Assembly: GCA_039621445.1 (NCBI GenBank)
Contig: CP154954.1
Location: 2,046,001 to 2,110,000, forward strand
Length of the DNA: 64,000 nt
Direction: 5' to 3'
Origin: Euglena gracilis
Taxonomy: Eukaryota
Below the pieces are notes generated by a model. The model saw only the letters and a list, made by a program, of their open reading frames with translations, was not told the origin of the DNA and did no database searches. Shown here in pieces: positions 11,289 to 22,931 of this stretch (position 1 is the stretch's first letter; every line of letters begins with the position of its first letter). A program made the position numbers and the translations under genes.

Positions 11289-11944
11289 CCCCCCCCTTTA
11301 TTTGATCCCCCCCCTTACCATGCCCCCCCCCATACCCCCCCCCTTTATTGTCCCCCCCCCTTTATTGTCCCTGGGCCCCGGCCGACGGGGGGTTTTTTTG
11401 GCCCGGCCAATGAAATTCCTTTGGTACCCCTTTATTGTCCCCCCCCCTTTATTGTCCGGTCGGGCCTCCCGGGGGCAGGTCGGCGGGACAATAAAGGGGG
11501 GGGGTATTGTACCCCCCCCCCCTAGGAGCCATTTTTGAGGGGGGGGTACATTATGGGGGGGTACATTATGGGGGGGGGTCCCTCAGAGTGGGGGGGTACA
11601 GAGATTTTTTAGCCCATTTTCTTGCGTCCTCCGATGGCGGCCGGAAATATAAGATCCGCCGAATTTTCACCGACCCGAAAAAAATCTTCCGGCCGCCTTC
11701 GGCGGCCAGTTTTTGGTCAAAATTTTTCGGGGGGTCGGAGGGGGGGGTAAATTATGGGGGGGGTACAATATGGGGGGGGGGCATGGTAATTGAGCATTTG
11801 GGTCCGGGGAAAGCTTTTTTTTCATGCGCCGAGGCGCGGAAATTTTTTTTGTAAAGGAATTTTTGACCCCCCTTATTTGACCCCCCCTTATTTGAGCATT
11901 TGGGGGGTCCGTTGGCCCGTGGGTGTGCTCAAAAAAGGGGGGGG
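11289..11944. mobile_element. TA-flanked MITE hosting a nested MITE
   Basis: TA|CCCCCCCCTTTATTTGA ... TCAAAAAAGGGGGGGG|TA; related sequence at ~15470-15680. Confidence 0.7.
11335..11504. mobile_element. Nested Tc1/mariner-like MITE
   Basis: TA|CCCCCCCCCTTTATTGTCC ... GGACAATAAAGGGGGGGGG|TA; partial copies at ~8045-8180 and ~9825-9900. Confidence 0.8.
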
Positions 11945-12884
11945 TACCCAGGGGGGTTGGTACGCCATGGCGAGGGGGTCCGAATGGGGGGGGGGGAGGG
12001 GGGAAATGGCCGGAAAATGGCGTGGCGAGGGGGTCTCGGATGGGGGGGGAGGGGTGTACCATGGTTGCACAATGAAAAATGTGTTGGGTGGCGTGGCGAG
12101 GGGGTCCGGCTAGGGGGGGGGGGAGGGGGGGTAAATGGCGTGGCGAGGCCCTCGGAGAGGGGGAGGGGAGGGGGAGGGGGGGGGTCCCGTGGAGAGGTCC
12201 CACGGTCAATTGGGGGGGGGTAATTCGGTGGCTTTCAAATTTTGAATGACACCTGCAAATTCTAAATTTTGAGTGGCTTGGTGCCCAATTTTTTTCATGA
12301 TTTTCGGTTGCAAACCCCCACGGGTTGGTGCGGGCCACGGGGGGGGGGGGGTCACGGGGGAAGTCACTTTGGAGGTTGTCGGGAGGCAGCATCAATGACC
12401 AACAAAAAGAAAGGTTGAAGTGATGAAGGGTGATTCACCGTATGAAAATGAAACCGTGTTTGGGCCGATTTCGAGACTTTAAAAGTCTTAAATCTTCGCC
12501 CAAACACGGTTTCTGATACGAAAACTGTGTCCAGAACGCCGGTTCGGGCGTGAAGCCGTGTTCCAGAACGCCAGTTCTGGCGGCAGAAATGTGTGAAGGT
12601 CGTTGGGCCACAATTCCACCCCGCGTCCCCCCCGCGCCCCCCCCGCGCCCCCCCCCCCCCCCCCCCCCCCCCCCGCGTCCCGAACCACCCCTGAATGTTA
12701 CACCATTGAGGAATTGGCTTCAACCACATGGCTGGCCGACGGCGTGCTCCCCCATCTACGAGGTCCCTCACAGGGCCTCTACGAGGGCCACATTTTTCGG
12801 CCAAAATCATGGGAGATTTGTTCAGATGACCAAAGTCTTACACTTCTTCCCGCTCAATGTATGTATCATGCTTGTGCTTACCAA

Positions 12885-13430
12885 CCGGGGGGGGGGAGGG
12901 GGGGTGGGTGCTATAGGGTGCCTGCCCCTAGCAGGCACACCAGGGGATAGGGGTCCTGGGGGGACCCAGAAAATTTTCATTGAAAATGGCCTTTTCCAGG
13001 CCCCGGCGCCTTCGGCGCGGGGTCGGATGCCTATAAGGGCAGGCCCCCCAAATACCCCCCCCTATTTGGGGGTCGGAGGGTGCTATGGGGTAGCTGGGGG
13101 GGGGGCCCCGGGGGGGTTTTTGGGTCCGGGGCCCCTTTTTCCCCGAGGCCCTCCCCCCTTATTTGGGCCCTCCATTGGGGGGGGGTTTTGGCCCGTGGGG
13201 GGTTGCCCGTGGGGCTCGGGGGGAGGGGGGGTTGGGGGGGGGGGGGGGGGTAAGGGGTGGGGGGGGGGGATGGGGGGGGGCAGAGGGGGTCCCCTGGGGT
13301 GGCGGGGGGCGGTGGGTGGTCCCCAGGGGGGTGGGGGGGGGGGGGGGGGGGGGGGGGTCGGGGGGGTAGAGGGGGAGGGGGGAGGGGGGTTTGGACCCTG
13401 GGTTTGGGGGGGGTTGGCTGAACTTGGGCC
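12885..13430. other. G-rich low-complexity stretch, probably poorly resolved sequence
   Basis: Long G runs interspersed with MITE-like fragments. Confidence 0.5.
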
Positions 13431-15894
13431 CCTATGAAATCCCCCACGGTTTTTCATGACGGTGCAGACGGTGCCTTTGCGGGGGGGGGTGTCGCCTTTC
13501 CAGGGTCCTCTGCCAGGAACACGATGTGCGTTTCGCTTTCGTCATCTGATGAATTCACGTGGCTGTCAACCCGTGAGGTCTCCGTGCCCCCGCGTTTTTC
13601 ACCACCCCTGCTTTCCTCCATGGTGCTTTGTCACGTGCTCCCAATCACGGGCTCCGAGGGCCACTTTTTCTTCTTTGCTTCCACCATGTTGTTTCCCTTG
13701 AATGTCTATGGCCTTTTTTTTTTTGAAGGGCCTTTTGGCCTACCGCGGGGGGGGGGGGGGTGTTGGGGGGTGCGGGGGGGGGGGGTCGTGCTATGGGGTA
13801 GGCACCCGACTAAGCACAAGCCTGGTTGTATTCTGGCCAATGTTCATGATTAAAAACCCATTCTCTCGCTTTTCTTTTACTAATGAGGGTGAAGGATCCA
13901 ATAAGATGGTAAAATACGAGCATGGCCGGAGGTTTTTGTTCAAAGCTCCTGAAAATAAGTGGGTTGTGAAAAAAAAACAAAAAAAAGTGTTCCCCGGTTC
14001 CTCTTTTCAGGGGGGATTTGGGGGTTTCAGCACCATTTCAAAAAACCACCAAACCACTGGGGAGAATATCGTGGGGGGGGTCCAGGGGAGGGAGTGTGTG
14101 GTGCATTATCTTTGAAAGTCTTGGCAGAGAATGGAAGGGCATACCTTAATTGCAGTATCAAGGCGAGAAGAGACAGCTTCCAAACGGGATTGTAGGCGCA
14201 AATAATTCAGGGCTTCATTGTGCTTTCGGATTGCATTCTGTGCATAAATCCTTGCAGAGTATGTTGCCAACACAGAAGGGATTTTGTTATATGAGGGGGG
14301 GGTGCGGGGGGGGGGGCGGAGCCCCCCCGCCTATGCCAAAGTGAGCCACAAAAACGACTTAGCCCCCGAGTATGTTGCCAACACAGAAGGGATTTTGTTA
14401 TTTGAGGCTCGGATTGGGGTGGAGGGGGGAGTTTTCTGCCTCTCGTGATGCAGAATGCAGATTGCAGATTGCATTTCTAAAGGATTTTCATGTAATCCCT
14501 GTTTCATTAGTGGTTTTTTACCCCTCCGGACCCCCATCAAGGGCCCACCGACCCCCCCACTGACCAAAGATTTCCATCTGGGGGTGTTTATTTAGGCGTA
14601 AGACACTTATTTGGACCCATTCGGACCATTTCTGGGTGATTTGGGCCCGCCACAGACCATGTTTATGACCGCCGACTAGCCACCGACTAGTTTGCATTGG
14701 ATTTTGTTCATGGGGGGGGGGCTTAAAAGTCGGCGGTTTTGACCCGTTAGTACATTAGAGTGGGTAGTCGGCCGACTAGTTGGCCGACAACCCACTACCC
14801 CCCACCCCTGTCTCGCCGACTAGCAACCGACTAGGCCTAGTCGGCGGACCAATTGGGTAGTTGGCCGACTAGTCGGCCGACTACCCACTACCCCCCCCCC
14901 CCAGTCTACCGCCTTGCGCCGCAACCCCGCCCGCGACCCATACACCCCCCATGATGGCCATCATGACCATGCCATCATGACCCATGATGGCCATCATGAG
15001 CAATGATGGCCATCATGACCTCATGGACATCATGGGTCAAAAAAGTCGAAAAAAATCGAACAATTTTTTTTGTTGCCTCCCGAACCCAGAAACAATGTTT
15101 TTGGGCCGAAAATGAGAGTTTTTCGACCCGCTAGCGCCCCGTTTTGGGCTGTCAACCCACTCACTTCTGGTCATTTTTGGGTCAAAAAAGTCCAAACAAT
15201 CGAAATTTTTTTTTCGCTCAAAGCGCTGTTTTTTGTTGGCTATCCAGGCCCGGATAAGGTGTATTGTGAGCCAAAAATGAGTGTTTCTTCACCCCGGGGC
15301 CCTGTTTCGGGCACAAAACCTTTGCATTTCCGTCAACAGAGCTCCATGGAGTGCGCCGGTTTACATGGGGGTGTCAATGAAGGGGTGGGTGAGCGCTTAT
15401 TAAGAGCTCAGCACCATTCAAAACCTGGTTACCCCGGCCAATGGCCAATGAGCCTGACAATGACAATACCCCCCCCCTTTATTTGACCCCCTTAACAATA
15501 CCCCCCTTAATTGAGCATTTGGGTCCGGGAATTTTTTTTTCATGTGCCAAAGGCGCCGAAAATTTTTTTTGCCCTATTCTAAAGGAATTTTCGACCCCCC
15601 CCTTATTTGACCCCCCCCCCTTATTTGAGCCGAAGAATATTTGAGCATTGGGGTTTCCTTTGGCCCGTTGGGTGGCAGAATTTTTTATTTTTGAAAAGTG
15701 TTCTGCGCAGAAACGTGTTTGGGCCGATTTCGAGACTTTAAAAGTCTTAAATCTTCGCCCAAAACACGGTTTCAAACAAGAACAGTGTTTTGGGCCAAGG
15801 TTTTAGGGGGTCCCAGGGGGGACCGCGGCGCCTTCGGCGCCGCGGTCCCCGCCCCTGGGCTCCCCCTAACTCTTGGCCCAAACACAAGGCAATG

Positions 15895-16160
15895 AAAATT
15901 GCAGATTATCACCATGACCCTGGCACCTTCGCGAGCGACAAGATCCCGGGTTTCTGAATCACCTCCTTTTGACCCCCAACTCCTTGCCAGACCCGAGTTA
16001 TTCACCCGCGAAGGGGTCCAAACTGGGTAGGATAGCCAACACCCCTAGTTTCGACTCTGTCATTTCCGCGGTGAGATCTTCGGTCAAAGATGGGATTATA
16101 TATCTCAAGAAAACGTACATTATTTCCAGAAGTGTCGGCCAGACGAAATGGACCCCCGGA
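15895..16160 (-). repeat. Diverged, inverted relative of the 6254-7260 / 2.15-kb repeat family
   Basis: ATTATCACCATGACCC...GAATCACCTCC...GAGTTATTCAC matches the reverse complement of ~6870-6985. Confidence 0.7.
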
Positions 16161-17164
16161 GGCCTTCTGGGCGTTTTTTGGGGGGGGGGTTCATTGTGGG
16201 CTGTTTTGAGCACATTTGGGCATCTCTAAAGCACTTCAGGACATTTTGGGCAATTTTGGCCACTTCGGGCCGGTTTTGGCCCAATTTGGGTTACTTCGGG
16301 CTTATGTTGGCTGTTTTTGGACCGTTTGCCCATTTTGGACCATTTTGAATTATTTTGGGCCATTTCAGCCATTTTGGGGTGAAATTCTGAAATTTGGGGT
16401 TGGTGATTCCTCCTTTGGTGCAGAACTCCCAACTTCATTCCTATGGTTTCATTTCCCCCCCAAATTTTGGGGGTTGGAGATTCCTAATTCCATGACAAAA
16501 CGGGCCAAAAACAAGGAAAACGTGCATTAACGCCCCCCCCCGATAATTTCCGATTTTTCCGGACGCAATATCCGATATCCATCCTTGGATCGCTTTTCAT
16601 GTTTGTTTTCTCACACAGTCACTCTTGTATGGGCCAAGGTGACAGTTTGCTGAAACGCATTGACTCAAAGGAAGGATCATGCGACAAACTTGTTGACAAG
16701 TATGCAATGGGCCCGGGAAACAGCTCATTTTTTCAATTTTTGCCATGCTCGGACAGTACAGGAGACTGCTTTTGTTACTTTTGGGGCCACCCCAACCCAC
16801 CAATTGGGTGGGTGGAATCTGGGGTGCCCCCGGGCAGTTTTATGGGTCCATGCAGGGGGGGGGGTACTTTCTATCTTTGCCAGCCGAAGCTGCGTCAAGA
16901 ATGATTTTTTCACATGTTTTTTGATGATTGCACAGGATTTATATCTGGTCCTCTAAACGAAGGTACCCCAGTGTCTTTGCTTTGGCCAAGGGATGCTGCC
17001 ACCACCTGAAATCCAAAATATGGATTGCAGAAGGTTGTGTTTGCAATTTTGGATAGTTGACAAGGTTTTTTTTTTGCATTCTTTTGGCTTTTTTTTGCAT
17101 TATTTTGATCTTCTGATTTTTTTAATAATAAAAACACATAATGTTCATTGCAAAGCAATGAGTA

Positions 17165-17469
17165 CCATGCCCCCCCCCCAATAAGACATCCCCCATATAA
17201 GACCCCCCCCCCTGGCCGACCAAAGGCTGGCCCTTTGGCCGGGACCGCACCCCCCCTATAACACCCCCACATGTAAGACCCCCCCCGGGATTTTGGCTCC
17301 CGGGAGGCCCCCCGACCTTGCCCCATACCCGGCCAAAGGGTCCGGGCCAGGATTCGCTAAAGGAAATTTGTTGATATCCCCGATCTTGTCCCCCCCCCCC
17401 CCCGATCTTGTCCCATACACGGGCTAGCGTTAGCCGGGGTATGGGGGATGGTGTATGGGGGGGGCATGG
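17165..17469. mobile_element. Tc1/mariner-like MITE
   Basis: TA|CCATGCCCCCCCC ... GGGGGGGGCATGG|TA. Confidence 0.75.
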
Positions 17470-17865
17470 TATCATGGGATTTTTTTAATTAAAATTCTTT
17501 TCCAATGCATGATTTCGACCATTCCTGCAAGTTGTGGGCCATTATGCCCGAAAATAGTCCAAAAATAAAATTTTCTGCTTCATTTTTTGTTTTGGCATTT
17601 TTGCACCTTTGATGTTCAAAGAACTGTGTAGGATTTGAAATGTTGTTCAGAAATTCTTTCAGGCTGTTCAATGAAGTGCTTTCCACTTTTTGACGTTTTT
17701 TTCCCTAGCTAGCGGACACCCGAGTAGGGAATTTCGGACAAATGAAGATCCCTCCCGGCCAAGTTTTGTTGTCCCTTGCGGACACCTTCCTAAGAACCCC
17801 CCCGGCCACAATTATTGATCCCTGGTGGACGAGAGTTTTAGGCCCTGATAGTCATTTTCATTGAG

Positions 17866-18181
17866 CACGCTGTATTTTAGTCGTGTGCCGACCCCACCCC
17901 GGGGGGGGGGGCGGTGCCTGCTTGGGCAGGCACTCCAAGGCACAGAAGTCTGACCCCCGGGGACACGGCCAAAAGTGCCCACCAGGCATTCCGGCGCCGA
18001 AGGCGCCAGAGTGCTCATACAAGGCCTTTTTTCAAGGATTATGGCCTATTTTCTGAGGAAAGTTCCTGGGCACAGGCCAAAATCCGACCCCCCCCGGGGG
18101 GGTAGTGCCTGCCTGGGCAGGCACCAAAGGGCACTCCGGACCCCCCTCCCCCCCCCCCCAGGGTTGGTGAAAAACAGCCTG
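17866..18181. mobile_element. hAT-like MITE (CAGGCTGT family)
   Basis: Left end CACGCTGTATTTT (CAGGCTGTATTTT in the 31434 copy), right end AAAAACAGCCTG; TSD TCATTGAG/ACATTGAG (7/8). Confidence 0.8.
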
Positions 18182-19438
18182 ACATTGAGCCCCCTTGGCC
18201 ACTTTGTGTGAGACTCGACTGTTAAATGTCTCCCATTCTGGCAAATTTTTGTTGGCTTTATGCCCCAGGATATGTTCAAGTGATGTCTTTGTGCTTGCCA
18301 CACCCTGCCCACACATGATAGAAGTGAACTTTTTTGTGAATGCCCACAATTTTTCAGCATGTGCAAACCCATGTGGGGTTTGACCAAACATTTTAAGAGA
18401 CCAGTCAGTTGCAACAAGGGTTTTTCTTGAGTCGAAGGGACCCTGCCCCCCCCCCCCGACCCAGGGTCCAGCCAGCCAACCAGCAACTTATTTTCCAGCC
18501 AGCACCTCCCGACAAATTAAATATTTCTAAAATCAGCATGTTCCCAAAACTACAAAAACTATGTTTTTGGACCTTTTTTTGGAAATAGTGTGAGACAGTT
18601 CAAAATATACACCAATGTTGCAAAATGACCAAATTTATGAAATTTTTCTCAGTCCCCTGCAGCCGAGGTATACATATTCCCAAAACTGCAAATACCGCAA
18701 TTTTTCCGCAATTTTCCCACAATTTTTCCGAAGTCCTCCAACATCAATCCCCCCCCCTGCAAGGTATCCACATCGAGAACTGTGTCCCAGACACCGGTTT
18801 GGGTGTGAGCCGGGGGCCACGTTCTTTTTCAATCAGTTCTCCAAGACAGGATTCCCCCAAAAATGTCCATCAGGGTCAAAAATTCACGGGTCGGGGGGTT
18901 GACTATTCATGTCCCTGGGGGCTCTATAGCACAGTCCATTTCCTGCACCGCGGGGGCCAACAAAAATTTTGGGTCCGACAACTGTCCAGCCGGGTCCGAC
19001 AATTGTGTTTGTCGCCTCTAGTGATTTTTTTCAAAGAAGGTTTTTTTAATTTGTCAAAACAAACCCACCGCATCAATTCATTCACCAAATTATACTTTGA
19101 AGATACTTTGATTTGGCCAAGAGAAGATTTGTCCCCCCCCTCCAATGGACCATTTTGGCCATTGAAGGTACTTACAGCCAAAATGGGTCCCCCCATACCC
19201 CCTCCTTAAATGACCCATGGGTGGCAAAATTTTTGAGGGTGCTTGTGAAACACCTGGGTGGTGGGGTCAATTATGTTCAGAAAGAGCGTTTTTGCATGTT
19301 TTTTTTTCTCCGCCACCTGTGGTTTTGGAGAGGCTGGGGGGAACTCTGCTCCAAGGGGGGACCTGGTAGTGGATTACAGATCCCCCCTGTGTGTCTGCAT
19401 TTTGTTGTAATGAATGGGCTTCAGTCTTTCTTCCTCAG

Positions 19439-19481
19439 GATGTTCAACAAGCTCCACACGGATGGAAATGGCGTTTTGGAG
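19439..19481 (+). CDS. Putative EF-hand gene exon (MFNKLHTDGNGVLE)
   Basis: Follows polypyrimidine-CAG acceptor; EF-loop-like xTDGNGVLE with H at position 1; followed by GGT-CAG (nonconventional-type 5' end, or a GT donor). Confidence 0.5.
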
Positions 19482-20228
19482 GGTCAGAAATACACCCTTG
19501 CTCAATGCTCTTCTTCCCACCATGCTACCAAAGCTTCGACTTGGTCAAAATGGCTCAAAACGAGCGAATTCAAGCTGTATAATAATTTGGGCCCAATACA
19601 TAACTTGCTTTTTTGTCTGTGACGCTTTTTGAAAAGATTTGCCGAAATGGGCATTTTTTTTTAGGAAAGAATTCAAAGTTCAAAGTTGTAAAGAGGCCAG
19701 TTTTTTTTTAATCACAAAAGCCATCACAGCTACACCTGTCGGTTCTGGACCCTGGTGCTTAACCCAGCCAGTTTTCCCTTGAAAATGGCTTTCGGCACAG
19801 GGGGGGGGTTGCTTTAGCACTACCAACCCCAAAACCCGACCCCCCGGGGTCAAAAGTGCCCCCCCCCCCCGCTGTCTGCCCACAGCCCCCCCCTGGAGGT
19901 GCGCATTTAAAAAGAAGTCTGGCTGGGTACTTGGGGCAAGACCCGCCGGGGTTGGTACACAGAAGCCTGTGCCCAGCCGTGAGATTTGAATTATCCCGGT
20001 TTTTGCTCTTTCTCTTTTTCGAATTTGCATCTTTTTCCCAGATGCTGGACTTTTTTCTCACAAGGTTTTGTTTTTCTGCACTGGGGCAACGTTTCTGAGA
20101 ACAGGTCTTAATACCATCCCGAAGTTTGTTCATGTGGAGAGAAGCTATTTGTGAAAAACCTTCCATCAAGAAACGGCGTTTTTTTTGCATTTGTTTTTCA
20201 AACATAGCCCTGTGCATCAAATAATCAG

Positions 20229-20331
20229 CAATGGTGTGATTACGAATACGAAATCCTCATGAGGAGCACCATTGACTACGTTGTGAAGAACTACCATCAC
20301 AGCGGGTATTTCATCATTCGAGATGAGTCTA
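20229..20331 (+). CDS. Putative EF-hand gene exon (…YEILMRSTIDYVVKNYHHSGYFIIRDES)
   Basis: Protein-like codon use; degenerate EF-loop spacing; boundaries uncertain. Confidence 0.35.
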
Positions 20332-20936
20332 GATCAGAGATGGGTTTCTTTGTCCATGAAACAACTTCGCTTTTTTACCCCTGTCTCATTTTAGGCCATG
20401 CTTGGAATTTTCTTCTGCACCCTCCCCCCCAAACTCACGAATAGCATAGATAGACCCCCTGGGGGGATCCAGCTCAAAGCTGGAAAATTTGGGTTGGCTG
20501 GGAAAAGGCTGCTAGCTGACCCCCCCCCATGGGGTCCCAGGGCTGCCGGGATCGAACCGGATACCAAAAATCAAAACTGCAAAAATTCCCAAAAATCGTG
20601 ACAATTGTGCGGACAAAATGATTTTTTTCCACGGGGGGGGGGGGGAAAGGGAATTGGAGACAAAAAATTGGGGGTTAAAGCCAAAAAGGGTGGAATATTT
20701 TGCGTTTTTTTCAAGAAAAAAAAAAAACGTGGAAAAAATGCATGCCGATTGTTTTCTTGAATGAATTTCATTGAAAACAGGCGCAATATTCAAAAGTTTC
20801 CGAAAAAATGCAGAAAATTTTGGCAGTGTCGGCCAAGAAAACGGTGGATACAGATTTGGCAGGATTCGGCTCTGCCAATTTTTTCCATACCACTTTTTAG
20901 GCCATTCCAAAAAAATTCCGTCCCTTGCTTGTCATG

Positions 20937-21012
20937 TGAATGGCGAATATGACAAGGGCCTGCCCCTCATCCAAAGCATCCACCATCCCGACACCCTGGT
21001 CCTGACACTAAG
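20937..21012 (+). CDS. Putative exon (NGEYDKGLPLIQSIHHPDTLVLTL+AG)
   Basis: Ends AG|GTGAAA in phase 2, matching the acceptor at 22400; 5' boundary uncertain. Confidence 0.45.
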
Positions 21013-21695
21013 GTGAAATAATTTCACAATAAAACAATCGCAAAATCCGAAGAAAGAATGAAATTCCTCCACAAAAGCACAAAAAATTCCAATGAAAAAA
21101 CCAGGACAAAATCAGCACTGTGGACCACTGACCAAATTAAACGATGAAAAGTGGAAATCAAATGTCGCAATCGAGATTTGTCAAAGTTCAGTTGAAGTGA
21201 GAGCATTTTGGAATAACGTTCAAGAAATCCTCAACTGTCAATGGGTGGTGTTCTCAATATCTTTTCTTTTTTAAAAAAATCTAGTTTTTTGAGAAACAAT
21301 GCCATTGCATGTCTCCATTCTCAAGGTTTTTTTTTCAAGCAGTGCCACTTTGGTTGAGAAGGTTGCACAATGGGGAGAGAGAGGGACATCAAAGCCTCAG
21401 GTTAAGGTGAGAATGGGGGAAGGTGCAGTGCTTTTGGATGATTCTGCACCACTTTTATGTTTCTCATCATGGCATTGCGAAACTCATTTCGTTTCCCTCG
21501 GGCATTTTGTCAGGGATCGAAATGGATTATGATTGATTAAACATTCAACATGTCTTGTATGCATGCGAGTATCAAAATACGTGTGTTTTTTGAGTGAGGG
21601 GTTATTTTTCAATTTGCCATTTTACACCAAGCACCTTTTTTGGATTTTTTTTTTAAGAGGAGCTTTATGAATTTGCAAAGAAACACGAAGGGGTG

Positions 21696-22035
21696 CAGAC
21701 TTTCATTTAGTGCGCTGCGGAATTTTTTTTTCTGTGTCGCGTGTGCCGCGACACCAGAAATTTTGTGACCGTGTGCGCCGCGGATGATTTCTTTCTGTGC
21801 GCCGCGTCCACCGCGGCAGCGCCGCGGCATAGCCATCCCAATTATCGCTGGAACGTCATTGGTACACTGCGGTGCGTTGTTGGTGCGCCGCGGGTGTGCC
21901 GCGGCAAAAATTTGATTGTGCGCCGTGTGCACTGCGGATTTTTTTTTTGTGCCGCGGCAAAGACTTTAATTTAGTGTGCCGTGGCGAAGTTTGCGCCGCG
22001 GCGAAGTTTGCCGCGGCGCACTAATTGAAAGTCTG
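21696..22035. mobile_element. hAT-like MITE
   Basis: TIR CAGACTTTCA(T/A)TTAGTGCGC; perfect 8-bp TSD AAGGGGTG; internal GCCGCGGC subrepeats. Confidence 0.92.
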
Positions 22036-22400
22036 AAGGGGTGTCACCAAAATTCCACAAACTTTTCATTTTTGCACAACCTTTGGCAGTTTTGATATTC
22101 ATTATTTGAACATTTTTTACGTGGAAAACACTAAAACATCAAAAAAAAAGGGAAATATACTTGAGGGAAAAGGGCGTTTTTATGTTCATTTTCTGGTGCA
22201 AAGCGCCGGAAGAAAATTTTTCGCTATTTTTTGGCACCTGCCGAGAAGGGGGGTCCGGACACCCCCTCCAACATCCATTTTTCGGCATCTAATTTCAACC
22301 TCTCATTTTTTTCTTTGGTCAAGGGACTCCCAGGGTACATGATTCTTTGTATTTCCCAATATTTTGAACCCGTCCCGAACTCGTGGCTCTACTGTTTCAG

Positions 22401-22449
22401 GGCCTCTTTCGATCGTTCTCAACTTCGTGTTTGGGTGGAGCAGACATTA
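22401..22449 (+). CDS. EF-hand gene exon (R-ASFDRSQLRVWVEQTL)
   Basis: TTTCAG acceptor; joins in frame to 22580 across a nonconventional intron. Confidence 0.6.
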
Positions 22450-22579
22450 GAACAGGCTTTTTTTTATTCCCTTCCCACCTGACAGTGTCCAAGTCGTGTG
22501 CTTTGTCCTTTCCTTAACTAAAAAGGAACTAAAAACTTTCCTTTTTAGTTCCAGGAAAAACAAAAGACAGCCTGGTCTT
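22450..22579 (+). other. Nonconventional (euglenid-type) intron
   Basis: A|GAA-CAGGCT...AGCCTG-GTCTT|G: CAG at +4, CTG at -8, complementary ends, in-frame join. Confidence 0.65.
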
Positions 22580-22693
22580 GACCCCAACCAGGACAAGAAG
22601 GTTACCAAGGAAGAGCTGAAGGAGAACCTGAAACGTCTGCTGGAGGCAGAGAAGATGATCGCAAGAAGCAAGTCAAACAAATGTCACTCTTGA
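22580..22693 (+). CDS. Terminal EF-hand exon (DPNQDKKVTKEELKENLKRLLEAEK...stop)
   Basis: D-x-N-x-D-x-x-V-T-x-x-E 12-residue EF loop followed by an amphipathic helix. Confidence 0.7.
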   Translation, partial: DPNQDKKVTKEELKENLKRLLEAEKMIARSKSNKCHS

Positions 22694-22931
22694 CCCAACT
22701 GTCTGCGTTTCTTTTCCTTCCAATGTGTAGTTTGGAAAACGGTCCACTTTTTTTGCCCGTCTTTTCCACTACGGCACAGTAAGCATCACCAATTATAGCC
22801 CAAAGGCAAAATGGCTGAGCCTACTTTATTCTGAGTTTCTGAAGGGTGGAATTTGGTGGCATATCCACGGATAGATGGGAAACCCTTCGTTTTTGAGGTG
22901 GGTGGTGGGAGTTGGACACCCCCCCCCCAGG

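Noticed and set aside
12690-12885. Protein-like segment ECYTIEELASTTWLADGVL...
   Set aside because: May be an exon, but no family or splice boundaries could be supported
12550-13457. Gly/Pro-rich long ORFs
   Set aside because: Produced by G/C homopolymer runs and low-quality sequence
14258-14401. ~33-bp direct repeat flanking a short G-rich insert
   Set aside because: Only two copies; ordinary local duplication
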